The position numbers and the translations under genes were made by a program. 64,000 nucleotides of DNA from Mobula hypostoma (taxonomy: Eukaryota), in assembly GCF_963921235.1 (NCBI RefSeq), contig NC_086100.1, positions 203,238,001-203,302,000 of the forward strand. The letters are read 5' to 3'. The notes below the pieces were generated by a model, which had not been told where the DNA came from, ran no database searches, and was given only the letters and a program-made list of their open reading frames with translations. Shown one piece after another: positions 1 through 12,050 of the stretch (the first letter of the stretch is position 1; every line of letters starts with the position of its first letter).

Positions 1-992
1 TGGAAAGTAAGGTAGTGCAAAAAAATCCGAGAGGCAGGTCCAGATAGTTGGAGGGTACGGCCCAGATCCGGGTCAGGATCCGTTCAGCAGTCTTACCACA
101 GCTGGAAAGAAGCTGTTCCCAAATATGGCCATATGAATCTTCAAGTTCCTGAGCTTTCTCCCGGAGGGAAGAGGGACGAAAAGTGTGTTGGCTGGGTGGG
201 TCGTGTCCTTGATTATCCTGGCAGCACTGCTCCGACAGTGTGCGGTGTAAAATGAGTCCAAGGACGGAAGATTGGTTTGTGTGACATGTTGCGCCATGTT
301 CACGATTTTCTGCAGCATTCTTCCGGTCTTGAACAGGACAACTTCCATACCAGGTTGTGATGCACCCTAGAAGAATGCTTTCTATGGTGCATCCATAAAA
401 AAATACAGAGGGTTTTAGGGGACAGGCCAAATTTCTTTAGTTTTCTCTGGAAGTAAAGGCGCTGGGGGGCTTTCTTGGCAGTGGACACTGCTTGGTTGGG
501 CCAAGTTAGGTCATTTGTGATATTGACCCCGAGGAACTTCAAAGCTTTTGACCTGTTCCACTTGCGCACCACCGATGTAAATTGGGTCATGTGGTCCGCT
601 ACTCCTTCTGAAGTCAACAACCAATTCCTTTGTCTTGCTTACGTTAAGAGATTGGTTATTGTCTTCTCACCATTCCACCAGGATCTTAATTTCCTCTCTG
701 TACTCAAACTCATCATTACCGGAGATACAGCCTACAATTGTTGTGTCATCAGCAAACTTATGTATTGAGTTTGATGGAAACTTGGCTACACAATCATGGG
801 TGTACAGTGAGTACAGCAGAGGGCTGAGTACACAGCCTTGTGGGGCATCGGTGCTCAGAGTGAGTGAAGAGGAGAGTTTGTTCCCTGTTTTTACAGCCTG
901 GGTCCTGTCTGTGAGGAAGTTGAAGATCCAGCTGCAGATCTGAGTGCTATAGCCCAGGTTCCGGAGCTTAGGAATCAATTTATTTGGGATGA
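1..992 (-). mobile_element. Rex1/Babar-type non-LTR retrotransposon fragment (RT C-terminal part), split by a CR1 insertion; the remainder continues at about 5145-5225
   Basis: Minus-strand ORFs with RT motifs [18 protein letters not shown] and KFADDTTIVG, plus KFLGVNITNDLTW and RLYF; frameshifted. The uninterrupted paralogue is at 30021-31225. Confidence 0.85.
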
Positions 993-3900
993 AATGGAGT
1001 GAAGAAATCGGGTAGAAAAAGTCTTTTTTTAAAACACTGCTCGAGGAGAAGGGTCTGCACAGTGCAGGCACATGATGTAGCACGCCAAGGTTTAAAAACA
1101 GACCACCATATACAGCGAGCAGCGGAGTGAGAGGGAGCAGAGTGGGATGGCTTAGGCTCAACAGGCAGAGGCCAGGGTAGGTTCCGGTAAGTTTTTTGTC
1201 CAGATTGTTTAGAGTAGAGAGAATGCCAGGCAGGATGTTGGAATGCTCCTCTTGCAGGATGTGGGAAGTCAGGAAGACAACGACACCTGTAAGAAGTGCA
1301 TCCAGCTGCAGCTCCTAACAAACCATATTAGGGAACTGGAACAGGAGCTGGATGACCTCCGGATCATCCCGGAGAATGAGGAGATTATAGCTAGTAGCTA
1401 CAGGGAGGTGGTTACGCCGAAGGAGCAAGCACAGGAAATTGGGTCACTTTCAGGCGAGGGATGAGGAAAGGGCAGGCAGAGCAGGATTCCCCTGTGGCCA
1501 TTCCCCTCAACAAGTATACCGCATTGGATACTGTTGGGGTGGGGAGATGACTTACCTGGGACAAGCTGCAGCAGCCAGATCTCTGGCACTGAATCTGGTT
1601 CTGCAGTGCAGAAGGGAGGGTGGAAAAAGAGAAGAGTGGTAGTGATAGGGGACTCGATAGTTAGAGGTACAGGTTCTGTGGTCGTGATAGAGAATCCAGG
1701 ATGGTTTGTTGCCTCCCGGGTGCTAGGGTCAAGGATGTCTCTGATCGATTGCATGACATTCTGAAGTGGGAGGGTGATCAGCCAGATGTCGTGGTGCACA
1801 TCCTTACCAATGACATAGCAAGGAAGAGTGAGTATAGGAAGTTGAAAAGCAGGACCTCGAGGGTGGTAATCTCAGGATTGCTACCTGTGCTACGTGCCAG
1901 TGAGGGTAAGAATAGGATGCTCTGGAGGATGAACAAGTGACTGAGGAAGTGGTGTAGGGGGCAGGGTTTCAGATTTCAGGATCATTGGGACCCATTCTGG
2001 GGCAGGTGGGACCTGTACAAGAGAGACGGGTTACACTTGAACTACAAGGGGACCAAGATCCTTTCAGGGAGGTTCGTTAGTGCTATTGGGGAGGCTTTAA
2101 ACTAGATTTGCAGAGGGATGGGAACCAGAGTGCCAGAGCTGACAGTGATGCTGGGATGAATATAAATTATGTTAAAAGTTCAAGCAAAGCTGCAAATGGA
2201 AAGGTTGTGAGGTGTGGTAAAAATCTTCTGAGGTGTGTATATTTCAATGCTAGGAGTATTGCTGGGAAGGCAGAGGAGTTGAGGGCGTGGATTGACACGT
2301 GGAATTATGACGTTATAGTAATTAGTGAAACTTGGCTACAGGAGGGGCAGGACTGGCAGCTTAAGATTCCAGGGTTCCGATGTTTCAGATGTGATAGAGG
2401 CAGAGGAATGAAAGGTAGGTGGGTGGGCGGGCGGGGGGGGGGTGTTAGCATTGCTTGTCAGGGAAAATGTTACAACAGTGCTCAGGCAGGACAGATTGGA
2501 GGGCTTGTCTACTGAGTCATTTTGGGTGGAGCTGAGAAACAGGAATGGTATGGCCACATTAGTGGGGTTGTATTATAGACCACCCAATAGTCAGCGAGAA
2601 TTGGAGGAGCAAATCTGCAGAGAGATAGCAGACAACTACAGGAAACATAAAGTTGTGGTTGTAGGGGATTTTAATTTTCCACATATTGATTGGGACTCCC
2701 ATACTGTTAGGGGTCTAGATGGGTTAGAGTTTGTAAAATGTGTTCAGGAAAGTTTTCTAAATCAATATATAGAGGTACCAACTAGAGGGGATGCAATATT
2801 AGATCTCCTATTAGGAAACAAATTAGGAAAACTGACGGCAGTGTGTGTAGAGGAGCACTTTGGTTCCAGTGATCATAACACCATTAGTTTCAACTTGATC
2901 ATGGCTAAAGATGGATTTGGTCCTAGGGTTGAGGTTCTAAACTGGAAGTAGGCCAAATTTGAAGAAATGAGAAACGATCTAAAAAGTGTCGATTGGGACA
3001 GGTTGTTCTCTGACAAGGATTTGATCAGTAAGTGGGAAGCCTTCAAAGGAGAAATTTTGAGAGTGCAGAGCTTTTATGTTCCTGTCAGGATTAAAGGCAA
3101 AGTGAATAGGAATAAGGAACCTTGGTTCTCAAGGGATATTGCAACTCTGATAAGAAGAGTGAGTTGTATGACATGTATAGGGAACAGGGTGTAAATAAGG
3201 TGCTTGAGGAGTATAAAAAGTGCAAGAAAATACTTAAGAAGGAAATCAGGAGGGCTAAAGGAAGACATGAGATTGCCTTGGCACTCAAAGTGAAGGATAA
3301 TCCAAAGAGCTTTTACAGGTATATTAAGAGTAAAAGCATTGTAAGGGATATAATTGGTCCTCTTGAAGAGCAAAGTGGTTGGCTATGTGCAGAACCAAAA
3401 GAAATGAGGGAGATCTTAAATGGTTTTTTTGCTTCTGTATTTACTCAGGAAACTGGCATGAAGTCTATGGAATTAAGGGAAACAGGTAGTGAGATCATGG
3501 AAACTGTACAGATTGAACAGGAAGAGGTGCTTGCTATCTTGAGGCAAATTAAAGTGGATAAATCCCTAGGACCTGACAGGGTATTCCCACGGACCTTTAA
3601 GGAGACTAGTGTTGAAATTGCAGGGGCCCTGGCAGATATATTTAAAATGTCGCTGTCTACGGGTGAGGTGACGGAGGATTGGAGAATGGCTCATGTTGTT
3701 CCGTTGTTTGAAAAAGGATCGAAAAATATTCTGGGAAATTATAAGACGGTAAGTTTGACGTCGGTAGTGGGTAAATTATTGGACGGAGTACTAAGAGACA
3801 GAATCTACAAGCATTTGGATAGACAGGGACTTATTAGGGAGAGTCAACATGGCTTTGTGCGTGGTAGGTCATGTTTGACCAATCTATTGGAGTTTTTCGA

Positions 3901-5144
3901 GGAGGTTTCCTGAAAAGTGGATGAAGGGAAGGCTGTGGATGTTGTCTACATGGACTTCAGTAAGGCCTTTGACAAGGTCCCGCATGGGAGGTTAGTTAAG
4001 AATATTCAGTTGCTAGGTATACATGGAGAGATGGTAAATTGGATTAGGCATTGGCTCAGTAGAAGAAGCCAAAGAGTGGTAATAGAGGATTGCTTCTCAA
4101 AGTGGAGGCCTGTGACTAGTGGTGTGCCACAGGGATCAGTGCTGGGTCCATTGTTATTTGTCATCTATATAATTGATCTGGATGATAATGTGGTATCAAA
4201 TTTGCTGATGATACAAAGATTGGAGGTGTAGTGGACAGTGAGGAAAGTTTTCAAAGCTTGTAGAGGGATTTGGAGCAGCTGGAAAAATGGACTGAGAGAT
4301 GGCAGAAGGAGTTTAATACAGACAAGTGTGAGGTATTGCACTTTGAAAGGACAAACCAGGGTAGAACATACAAGGTAAATGGTAAGGCACTGAGGAGTGC
4401 AGAAGAACAGAGGGATCTGGGAATACAGATACAAAATTCCCTAAAAGTGGCGTCACAGGTAGATAGGGTCGTAAAGAGAGCTTTTGGTACATTGGCCTTT
4501 ATTAATCAAAGTATTGAGTATAGGAGCTGGAATGTTATGATGAGGTTGTATAAGGTATTGTTGAGGCCGAATCTGGAGTATTGTGTTCAGTTTTGGTCAC
4601 CAAATTACAGGAAGGATATTAATGAGGTTGAAAGAGTGCAGAGAAGGTTTACAAGGATGTTGCCGGGACTTGAAAAACTCAGTTACAGAGAAAGGTTGAA
4701 TAGGTTAGGACGTTTTTCCCTGGAGCGTAGAAGAATGAGAAGAGATTTGACAGAGGTATATAAAATTATGATGGGTAGAGATAGAGTGAATGCAAGTAGG
4801 CTTTTTCCACTGAGGCAAGGGGAGAAAAAAACCCAGAGGACATGTGTTAAGGGTGAAGGGGGAAAAGATTGAAGGGAACATCGGCGGGGGGGGGGGGGTG
4901 CTTCTTCACACAGAGAGTGGTGGGAGTGTGGAATGAACTGCCGGACGAGGTGTTAAATGCGGGTTCTTTTTTAACATTAAAGAATAAATTGGACAGATAC
5001 ATGGATGGGAGGTGTATGGAGGGATATGGTCCGTGTGCAGGTCAGTGGGACTAGGCAGAAAATGGTTCGGCACAGCCAAGAAGGGCCAAAAGGCCTGTTT
5101 CTGTGCTGTAGTTTTTCTGTGCTGTAGTTTTTCTATGGTTTCTA
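993..5144 (+). mobile_element. Near full-length CR1 LINE, decayed (ORF1 with Cys motif and SGNH esterase; ORF2 with APE and RT)
   Basis: ORF1 has VVIGDSIVRG. ORF2 has [32 protein letters not shown] and PQGSVLGP. 3' stem-loop with TTCTATGG tail. Flanked by TGGGATGA (985-992) and TGGAATGA (5145-5152). Confidence 0.93.
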
Positions 5145-5225
5145 TGGAATGATGGTATTAAATGCAGAGCTGTAGTCAATGAAGAAGAGCCTTACGTATG
5201 CCTCTTTATTCTCCAGGTGTTGAAA

Positions 5226-8044
5226 GGAGTTAAAGAAAAATTTTAAAAATTGATAAGAAATATTCTCTTGCTCCTAGGAGCTTTGTAAACAGAGAGTCGA
5301 TCTTCAAATAGAACGCAGCTTATTATTAACATCGATTGAAAATCAATTAATGAAAACTAGAAGTGAGTTTTATATTCATAGTGACAAATCGGGTAAATTA
5401 TCAGCTTATCAGTTGAAAACTACTTTGGTTGAACGTCAAATTATCAAGATCCGCAGACATGATGACACTTTGACAGTTGATCATGATGGGATAAACAACA
5501 CTTTTCAAGAATTTTATACCTCTTTATACCACTCTGATTTTCCTCATGATCCTAACACCATGCATGACTTTTTAAGGAAAGTAAATTTTCCGAAATTATC
5601 ACCCGAAGAATGTTTAACAATAGAAAATGTTACGGATGAAGAAATAACAGCTGTTATTTCTTCATTGAATTCAAGCAAAGCACCTGGTTCAGATGGTTTT
5701 ACAGTGGAATTTTAAAAGTTTTTTTCCTCTATTATTTCTCCTTGGTTGTCCAGAAAATTTAAAGAAGCAATCAGATTAGGTAAATTACCACAATCATTTT
5801 ATGGAGCTTCTATTTCTTTAATTCTAAAAAAGAATAAAGATCCTACTGATTGTGCATCATACATATCTCTTTGAAGATATATTCAAAACTTTTTCTAAAA
5901 TATTTGCAACTAGGTTAGAAAAGGTACTACCTCAAATTATCTCTGTGGACCAAACTGAATGTATTAAAAATCGTTATCCATCTTTTAATATTAGGAGGTT
6001 AATGAATATTGTTTGTACTCCTTCACTTAGCACTCCGGAATGTATTATTTCATCAGATGCTGAAAAAGCTTTTGACAGAGTTGAATGGCCATATTTATTT
6101 AGTGTGTTTGAGAAATTTAATTTTAGTCCGATATTTATATCTTGGATGAAATTGATATATCATACCCCTGTAGCTTCAGTTTGTACTAACAATCAAAGAT
6201 TTCCCTTTTTTCATTTATCTTGGGGTCCTAGTCAGGGATGCCCTCTTAGTCCATTATTATTTGATACTGCCCGTGAATCTTCAACAATTGATATCCGAGA
6301 CTCACCTAACATTTTTGGTATTACCCGTGGAAATGAAATACGTAAGTTATCATTATATGCAGATGATTTGTTATTATATATCTCTAATCCTGGGAAATCT
6401 ATTCTAGTTATTTTATCTTTGCTAGCTCAGTTTAGCAATTTATCTGGTTATAAATTGAACCTTAATAAGAGCGAACTATTTCCCCTAAATATGCAGGTTC
6501 CTATTTATGGATGTTTACCATTTAAATTGGTTACTTACTCTTTTACATATTTAGGAGTTAAAATTACGAAAAAGCATGAAGATTTATTCAAGGCTAATTT
6601 TTTACCTTTAATTGATCAGATTAAACTTTTGTTTACTAAATGGTCCCCAATGTCTCTGTCATTGATCGGTTGGATCAATGCTATCAAGATGATTATTTTG
6701 CCTAAATTTTTATACTTATTTCAAGCGGTGCCAATTTTTATTCCAAAATCCTTTTTTGATAATGTTGATTCCAAAACTTCCTCATATATATGGCAGAACA
6801 AAAATCCTAGGTTAGGTAAAAGACATTTACAAATCTAAAAAGTGGGGGGGGGGGTTAGTTTTGCCGAATTTTAGATTTTACTATTGGGCAATTAACATTC
6901 GATACTTAAAATTTTGGTTATCGGACTTGGACTTAACTTCAAGTCCACATTGGCTAAATCTTGAATGTAATTCTTTACAAGGGTTTTCATTGGGTTCTAT
7001 TTTAGGGACTTTGCTTCCCTTCACTCTTTCTAAATTGTATAAACAAACGGATAAACCAATAGTTAAACATACCTTACGTATATGGTTTCAATTTCGATTT
7101 TTTTTTGCGTCGAATCAGTTTATTTTAGCAAGTCCTATTATATCTAATTTCTTTTTTCAACCCTCTATTATGGATCAAGCATATCTGGCTGGAAAATTAA
7201 AGGTATACTACGATATTGTGATCTAATTTTGGATAATTGTTTCATATCCTTTGAACAATTACCTAATAAGTATAATTTGCCTAGATCTCAATTTTAGAGA
7301 TTTACAGGTTAGAAATTTTTTACATACTTTTTCTTCTACATTCCCGAATTTATATTCAATGGATATTTTGGAAAAAAATTAGATTTAAATCCTTTTTAGA
7401 AAGGTTTAATAGCAATTATTTAGAATACAATTATGAAAATATGGCCAGACGTATCTAATTAAGTTAAGACTGATTGGGAAAGGGAACTTAAGATTATTGT
7501 ACCGATTGAAAAATGGAAAAAAATCTTCAAATAGTTAACTCATCCTCTATATGTGCTAAACATGCGTTGATACAGTTTAAAGTAGTGCATAGGGCTCATA
7601 TGTCTCAGGATAAACTCCCTCGTTATTATTCTCATATAAATTGTATATGCGATAGATACCACTCTGAGATAGCTTCTTTAACTCATATGTTTTGGTCATG
7701 TCCTTTTTGAAAAAAAATATTGGAAAGATATTTGTGATACTATCTAAACTGCCTTGAATATTGATTTACAACCTCACCCTATTACTGCAATTTTTGGCAT
7801 ACCAATGATAGAATTAAGTCATTTAACCTTTTCGACTCGTCAGATGATTGCATTTCTTTCATTAATGCCTGTAAGATCCATTTTGCTGAACTGGAAAGAG
7901 ATTAATCCTCCCACCACATTTCATTGGTTCTCGCAAACTATGTTGTGTTTAAACTTGGAAAAAATTAGAAGTGTTATTTGTGATCCCTCTATTAAATTCG
8001 AAAAGACTTGGAGGCCATTTTTTTTCAACATTTTCATATGATGT
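5226..8044 (+). mobile_element. L1-clade LINE ORF2 (RT and C-terminal Cys domain), decayed; ends at the ORF2 stop with no 3' UTR
   Basis: KAPGSDGF, DAEKAFDRVEW, QGCPLSPLLF, LYADDLL, FTYLG, HMFWSCP; multiple stops and frameshifts. Confidence 0.9.
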
Positions 8045-8059
8045 CTGATCTTTACTTGT

Positions 8060-9470
8060 CACAGAAGGCCCCAGTCCAGGCAATATCCCTGTGAATCTTT
8101 TCTTCACCTTTTGATCTTCGTCTCTTCTTTCCTTATTGTGATGAACAGAACTGCACAGCTTACTGCAGCTGTGGTGTAATTAATAATTTGTACAAATGTA
8201 ATGTGATTTTGCAAAACCTCTGCTGCCAAAGGAAAGCATGCTGTTCACCTACTTCACAACCTCGTCCACCTGTGCTGCAACCTTCAGGGAACTGTGTTCC
8301 TTTTTACCAAGATCTCTCTGTTCACCCACACTCCCCTTGACACTGCCATTCACTGTGTATTTCCTGGTCAGCTTTAACTTCCCAAAATCTATCACTGTGC
8401 ACTTGTCTGACACTGCAACAAAACTTTTCCGTTTCCCTCCACAAACTACACAGAAATGTATGTCCAACCACAATTCTCCACACCTGTCTGCTGTTTGTGT
8501 GTAACTTGAACAAGACAACACCTGAACCCCTCTATACTTCACTCATATGCCGTTACTCTCCATATAAATTATAGTCTGCCTTTTGATTCTTTCCACCACT
8601 GAACACGCCATCACTGTTTACCACATTAAACTACACTTTTTAGATTAGATTATGAGGACACGCAGTCATCTTTTATTGTCATTTAGTAATGCATGCATTA
8701 AGAAATGATACAATATTCCTCCGGTGTGATATCACAAAACACAGGACACACCAAGACTGAAAAAACTAACAAAACCACATAATTATAACATATAGTTAGA
8801 ACAGTGCAACAATACTATAACTTGATGAAGAACAGTCGGTGGCACATTAAAAGAGTTCAAAGTTTCTCGAAGGTCCCACATCTCACACAGACAGGAGAGG
8901 GAAGAAAACTCTCCCTGCCATGCCCGACCACAGTCCGACTCTGAGTCGTCCGAGAACTTCGAGACTCCGATCAGCCCTCCGACACTGAGTACCGAGCACC
9001 ATCTCTATCTGAACGATTCCAAGTCTTCTCTCTATATCCTGACCAAATGTTCCATCACAACATTACCACCACCACAATCTCTGCCAGTGTAAGGCAGCCT
9101 TGGATCCTTCAATCTCCGCCCCCTTATCGGGGTGATTAATATCGATTGTGAATAATTGATGGCCCTCTACGTACCCCTGCTTCCTTCGACAACCCGTTAC
9201 CACCACCCAGTCCACCATGATTTTAATATTGATAGTGTATAGCTGACGGTACAGAACTGATTCAGGGGATATTCCAGTGGTTACATCACCCCATCCTGAA
9301 ACAAACCTGTTCATTAACTTTCTGTCTTCTGTGTAAAAACCAGAAGTTCCTTGTGAACTCGTCTTGAGATTCCTGGTGTCGGGCACAGCCTTTCATGTGG
9401 CACCTTGTTAGATGCCTTCTGAAAATCTAAGTCTACCACATCTACAGGTTCCCTTCTGACATCTAGAAAG
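8060..9470 (-). mobile_element. Old CR1-like LINE fragments
   Basis: Degenerate RT-region remnants (DKCTVIDFGK...EQRDLG...QVDEVVK) on the minus strand; paralogous to about 36980-38030. Confidence 0.6.
8641..9016 (-). mobile_element. Short retroposon (SINE or LINE 3' end) with a (TAATC)n-type tail, private to duplicate copy 1
   Basis: Begins TAGATTAGATTATGAGG. Absent from the paralogous site at about 37550, where the flanks are contiguous. Confidence 0.6.
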
Positions 9471-9959
9471 ACTTTTCAAGTTAATCAAACATGAATTCTC
9501 TTTCACTCAATGAGATGACAGGGTCTCAAGTTGGGTCAAAGATAGACATGTTGGTGATGAAACCTTTTGGCACATTGGCCTCAATCAGTCAATGCATTGG
9601 GATAGAGGTTGGGGTGTTGTGTTGGAGTTGTGTAAGATGTGAGGTCACATTGAAATATCGTCTTTAGTTTTGGTCACAGTTTGACAGGAAAGATGCCATT
9701 AAGCTGGAAACGAGGCAGGGGAAGTTTACAAGATCAATATTTGGACAGAAATGATTGAGTTATGTGCAGTTTAGGATTGTTTTCCTTGGAATGTGGGAGA
9801 ATGAGGGGCCAATATTATGGAGGTGTATGAAACAACAAAGGTCATAGATACTGTGAATGCACAGAGATTTTTTTAACAGGGATGTGGAATCAAGAAGTAG
9901 GACGCCAGATGGTTGAAGGCAGAGATCGAATGGGAATATGTTGCTCTATGTCTTTCAGT

Positions 9960-10700
9960 CAGACGGTGATCAGTTTCGCACATCACGCCCACTGGGGCAT
10001 AGACCATTGACCTGAGATCTCTGTGCTGTGACAGTGTCTCAAACTCTCCGCAGGTGCAGCCTGTCTTCGTGGTGGATACAACCTTTCTCAGGTATGAAGG
10101 CGTTGGAGCTTCTGTAACTCTTGTTTTTGTGTGGGATTAGGTTGTTGGGGTTCGGATGTCCAACTCTACTCCATTTGAATCTGGGTTCGGACAGTGCTGG
10201 AACATTGAATATGTTTGAATACTGATGTCGCTCTCCCGGTCAGCTTGCAATAATCTCCCTGCAATGGCTGTAGGATCAAACACGTTTCTCACAATACAAT
10301 TCATTGATTCACCCTATTCATACCCTTCATAATTTTGTATACCTCGGTCAAATCTCCCCTCATTCTCAGACGCTTCAGGTAATAAGGGTAAAATGCCTTG
10401 AGATAATTCTTGATCCTGCTCACCAAGAATGTTTTATGTCCCCTTTTTGTTTTTTACTAATCTTCCGATTGAGCAATTTTAAGCTATCTTTGTAGTCAGT
10501 GAGGCTCCAGTCCGATTTAGCCTCCTGAATCCCTTTAATTGTGCTGTAGAAGCCTCCAGTAGCACAGTTCTGCTTGTACATGCAGCTCATTCCTGAGACC
10601 ATATTTCATTTTCTCCTCACAATCTGGTTTTACACTGAGACCAACTGTACCCTTGTCGTCCAGCTGCTGTGTCTGAGGAGGGCGCACTGCACTGTTCTTG
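9960..10700 (-). mobile_element. Old RTE-like LINE 3' fragment (paralogue at about 38520-39255)
   Basis: Degenerate translation KTGCTCGEFETLSQHRDLGSMVYAPVG resembles RTE C-termini (...TWGELERLAQDR..WRS.V..LC). Confidence 0.45.
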
Positions 10701-11028
10701 GTCCCGGGGAAGGACTGACATCACTTTCACCGATTCCTCAAGTGTTTCTTTGTAGAGTGGAAACGTATTCCTTACAATTCTTGAGCGAGCTGGTATCAGT
10801 AAAACCAGGGAATCCTTCCGCATGAACCCAGTGTCTGAGGGAGTTTCACTGGAGAGCTGTCTTTCGGTTCTGTTGTGCATATACCATTGGAAATTGTTGG
10901 ATGTGTTAAAGTGAAGATGGAGTTTGAAGATGAGTGGCCGTTCCCTGCAGTCCGTCAATCTGACTCTGTCTCACCCTCTTTCCAAGTCTGTCTGTCTGCA
11001 CCTTTCCTGGGCAGTTCGAGGTGCTGTG

Positions 11029-11035
11029 TATAAAA
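11029..11035 (+). promoter_or_regulatory. TATA box (TATAAAA), orphaned paralogue of the histone H4 pseudogene promoter
   Basis: Same context as 39584-39590, but the downstream H4-like sequence is replaced by a CR1 3' fragment from about 11073. Confidence 0.5.
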
Positions 11036-11072
11036 GGTGACAGCAGCAGTCAGTCTGTCACTGGGCATCCGC

Positions 11073-11192
11073 CGAAGAGAAGGCAGGTACAGGGTTCTGA
11101 GTTGGATGATCAGCTATGATCATACTGAATGGCGGTGCAGGCTCAAGGGGCCGAATGGCCTACTCCTGCATCTATTTTCTATGTTTCTATGT
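11073..11192 (+). mobile_element. CR1 3' terminal fragment
   Basis: GGGCCGAATGGCCTACTCCTGC stem-loop followed by a TTCTATGTTTCTATG tail. Confidence 0.8.
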
Positions 11193-11749
11193 TGAGGAAT
11201 CTGCCCAAAATCTCAAAAACAAAAGGGGTGTTGCAGAGAAAGCAGGAATTTAGCCAGCTCAGTGGTGGAGGATTGAAAGTATGTCCGGACCCAGCATAAG
11301 TGACCAAAACATTAAATGAATATTTCATGTCAGTATTTCCCAAAGATAAAGTGATGGGGTAGAACGAAAACATCAGGAAGATTACGTTGATGTTGCCCAC
11401 ACATTGCTGGGAGCATTGCTGGTGGATTGTTCACCAGGACTGGATAGAGTTCCTTCCAGGTTATTGAGATAATGAGGTAAGATTGAAGATCGCAGGGGCT
11501 TTCACAGAGCTATTTGTAGTCTGTTTTGAGTTATACATGTTGCTGCAGAGGACTGCAGATGAGCCGATAATGTTCGCCGTTTAACAGAGGCAAAAGAGCC
11601 CAACCAGGAAATTCTATAGTTGACACAAAAAAAAAATTGGTACAGTTGTGGTTATTGAGGAAGGTTGCAAAGGATTCAGCAGAACACGGACCAGCTGGAA
11701 ATGTGGGAAGAGCAATGGCATATAAGGTGTTGTACCCATGGACGTACAA

Positions 11750-12050
11750 TTTTAGTTCCAATCTGTAAATTGTAATTATATAATCGTATCTGGTGTATTG
11801 TCTGTTATTTGGCGGGGTGGTGTACATCACGCAGCATCCACACAAACTTAACTACCCTTTTTGTCGGGGCAGAAGGCTGCTTCCCGTGGACAAAAGCGAG
11901 TTGAGTGAGCCTGAGGATCACCGGGAGGCTACACGAGCAATAAACTCAATTTAGTTCTCCTCACAAGACATGTTTGTGTCTTGCATTTGAGTCCACCGTT
12001 GCTCCCCACCTTGTGACAGAACGCTCTCGCCAAACATAGACCCAGCAGAC
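11750..12050 (+). mobile_element. LTR remnants (3' part ending ...TTGTGACA) with a Gypsy leader/gag-start relic
   Basis: AATAAA, then TGTGTCTTGCATTTGAGTCCAC...GTGACA, similar to the 3' end of the solo LTR at 58259-59837; followed by GAACGCTCTCGCCAAACATAGACCCAGCAGAC. Confidence 0.55.

Noticed and set aside
10574..10825. 83-aa ORF identical in both duplicates (39129-39380); the two internal differences I saw are synonymous
   Set aside because: Starts at TTG/GTG, overlaps the antisense strand of an RTE-like relic, and lies in a tract of near-identical DNA; two silent changes are too few to show selection.
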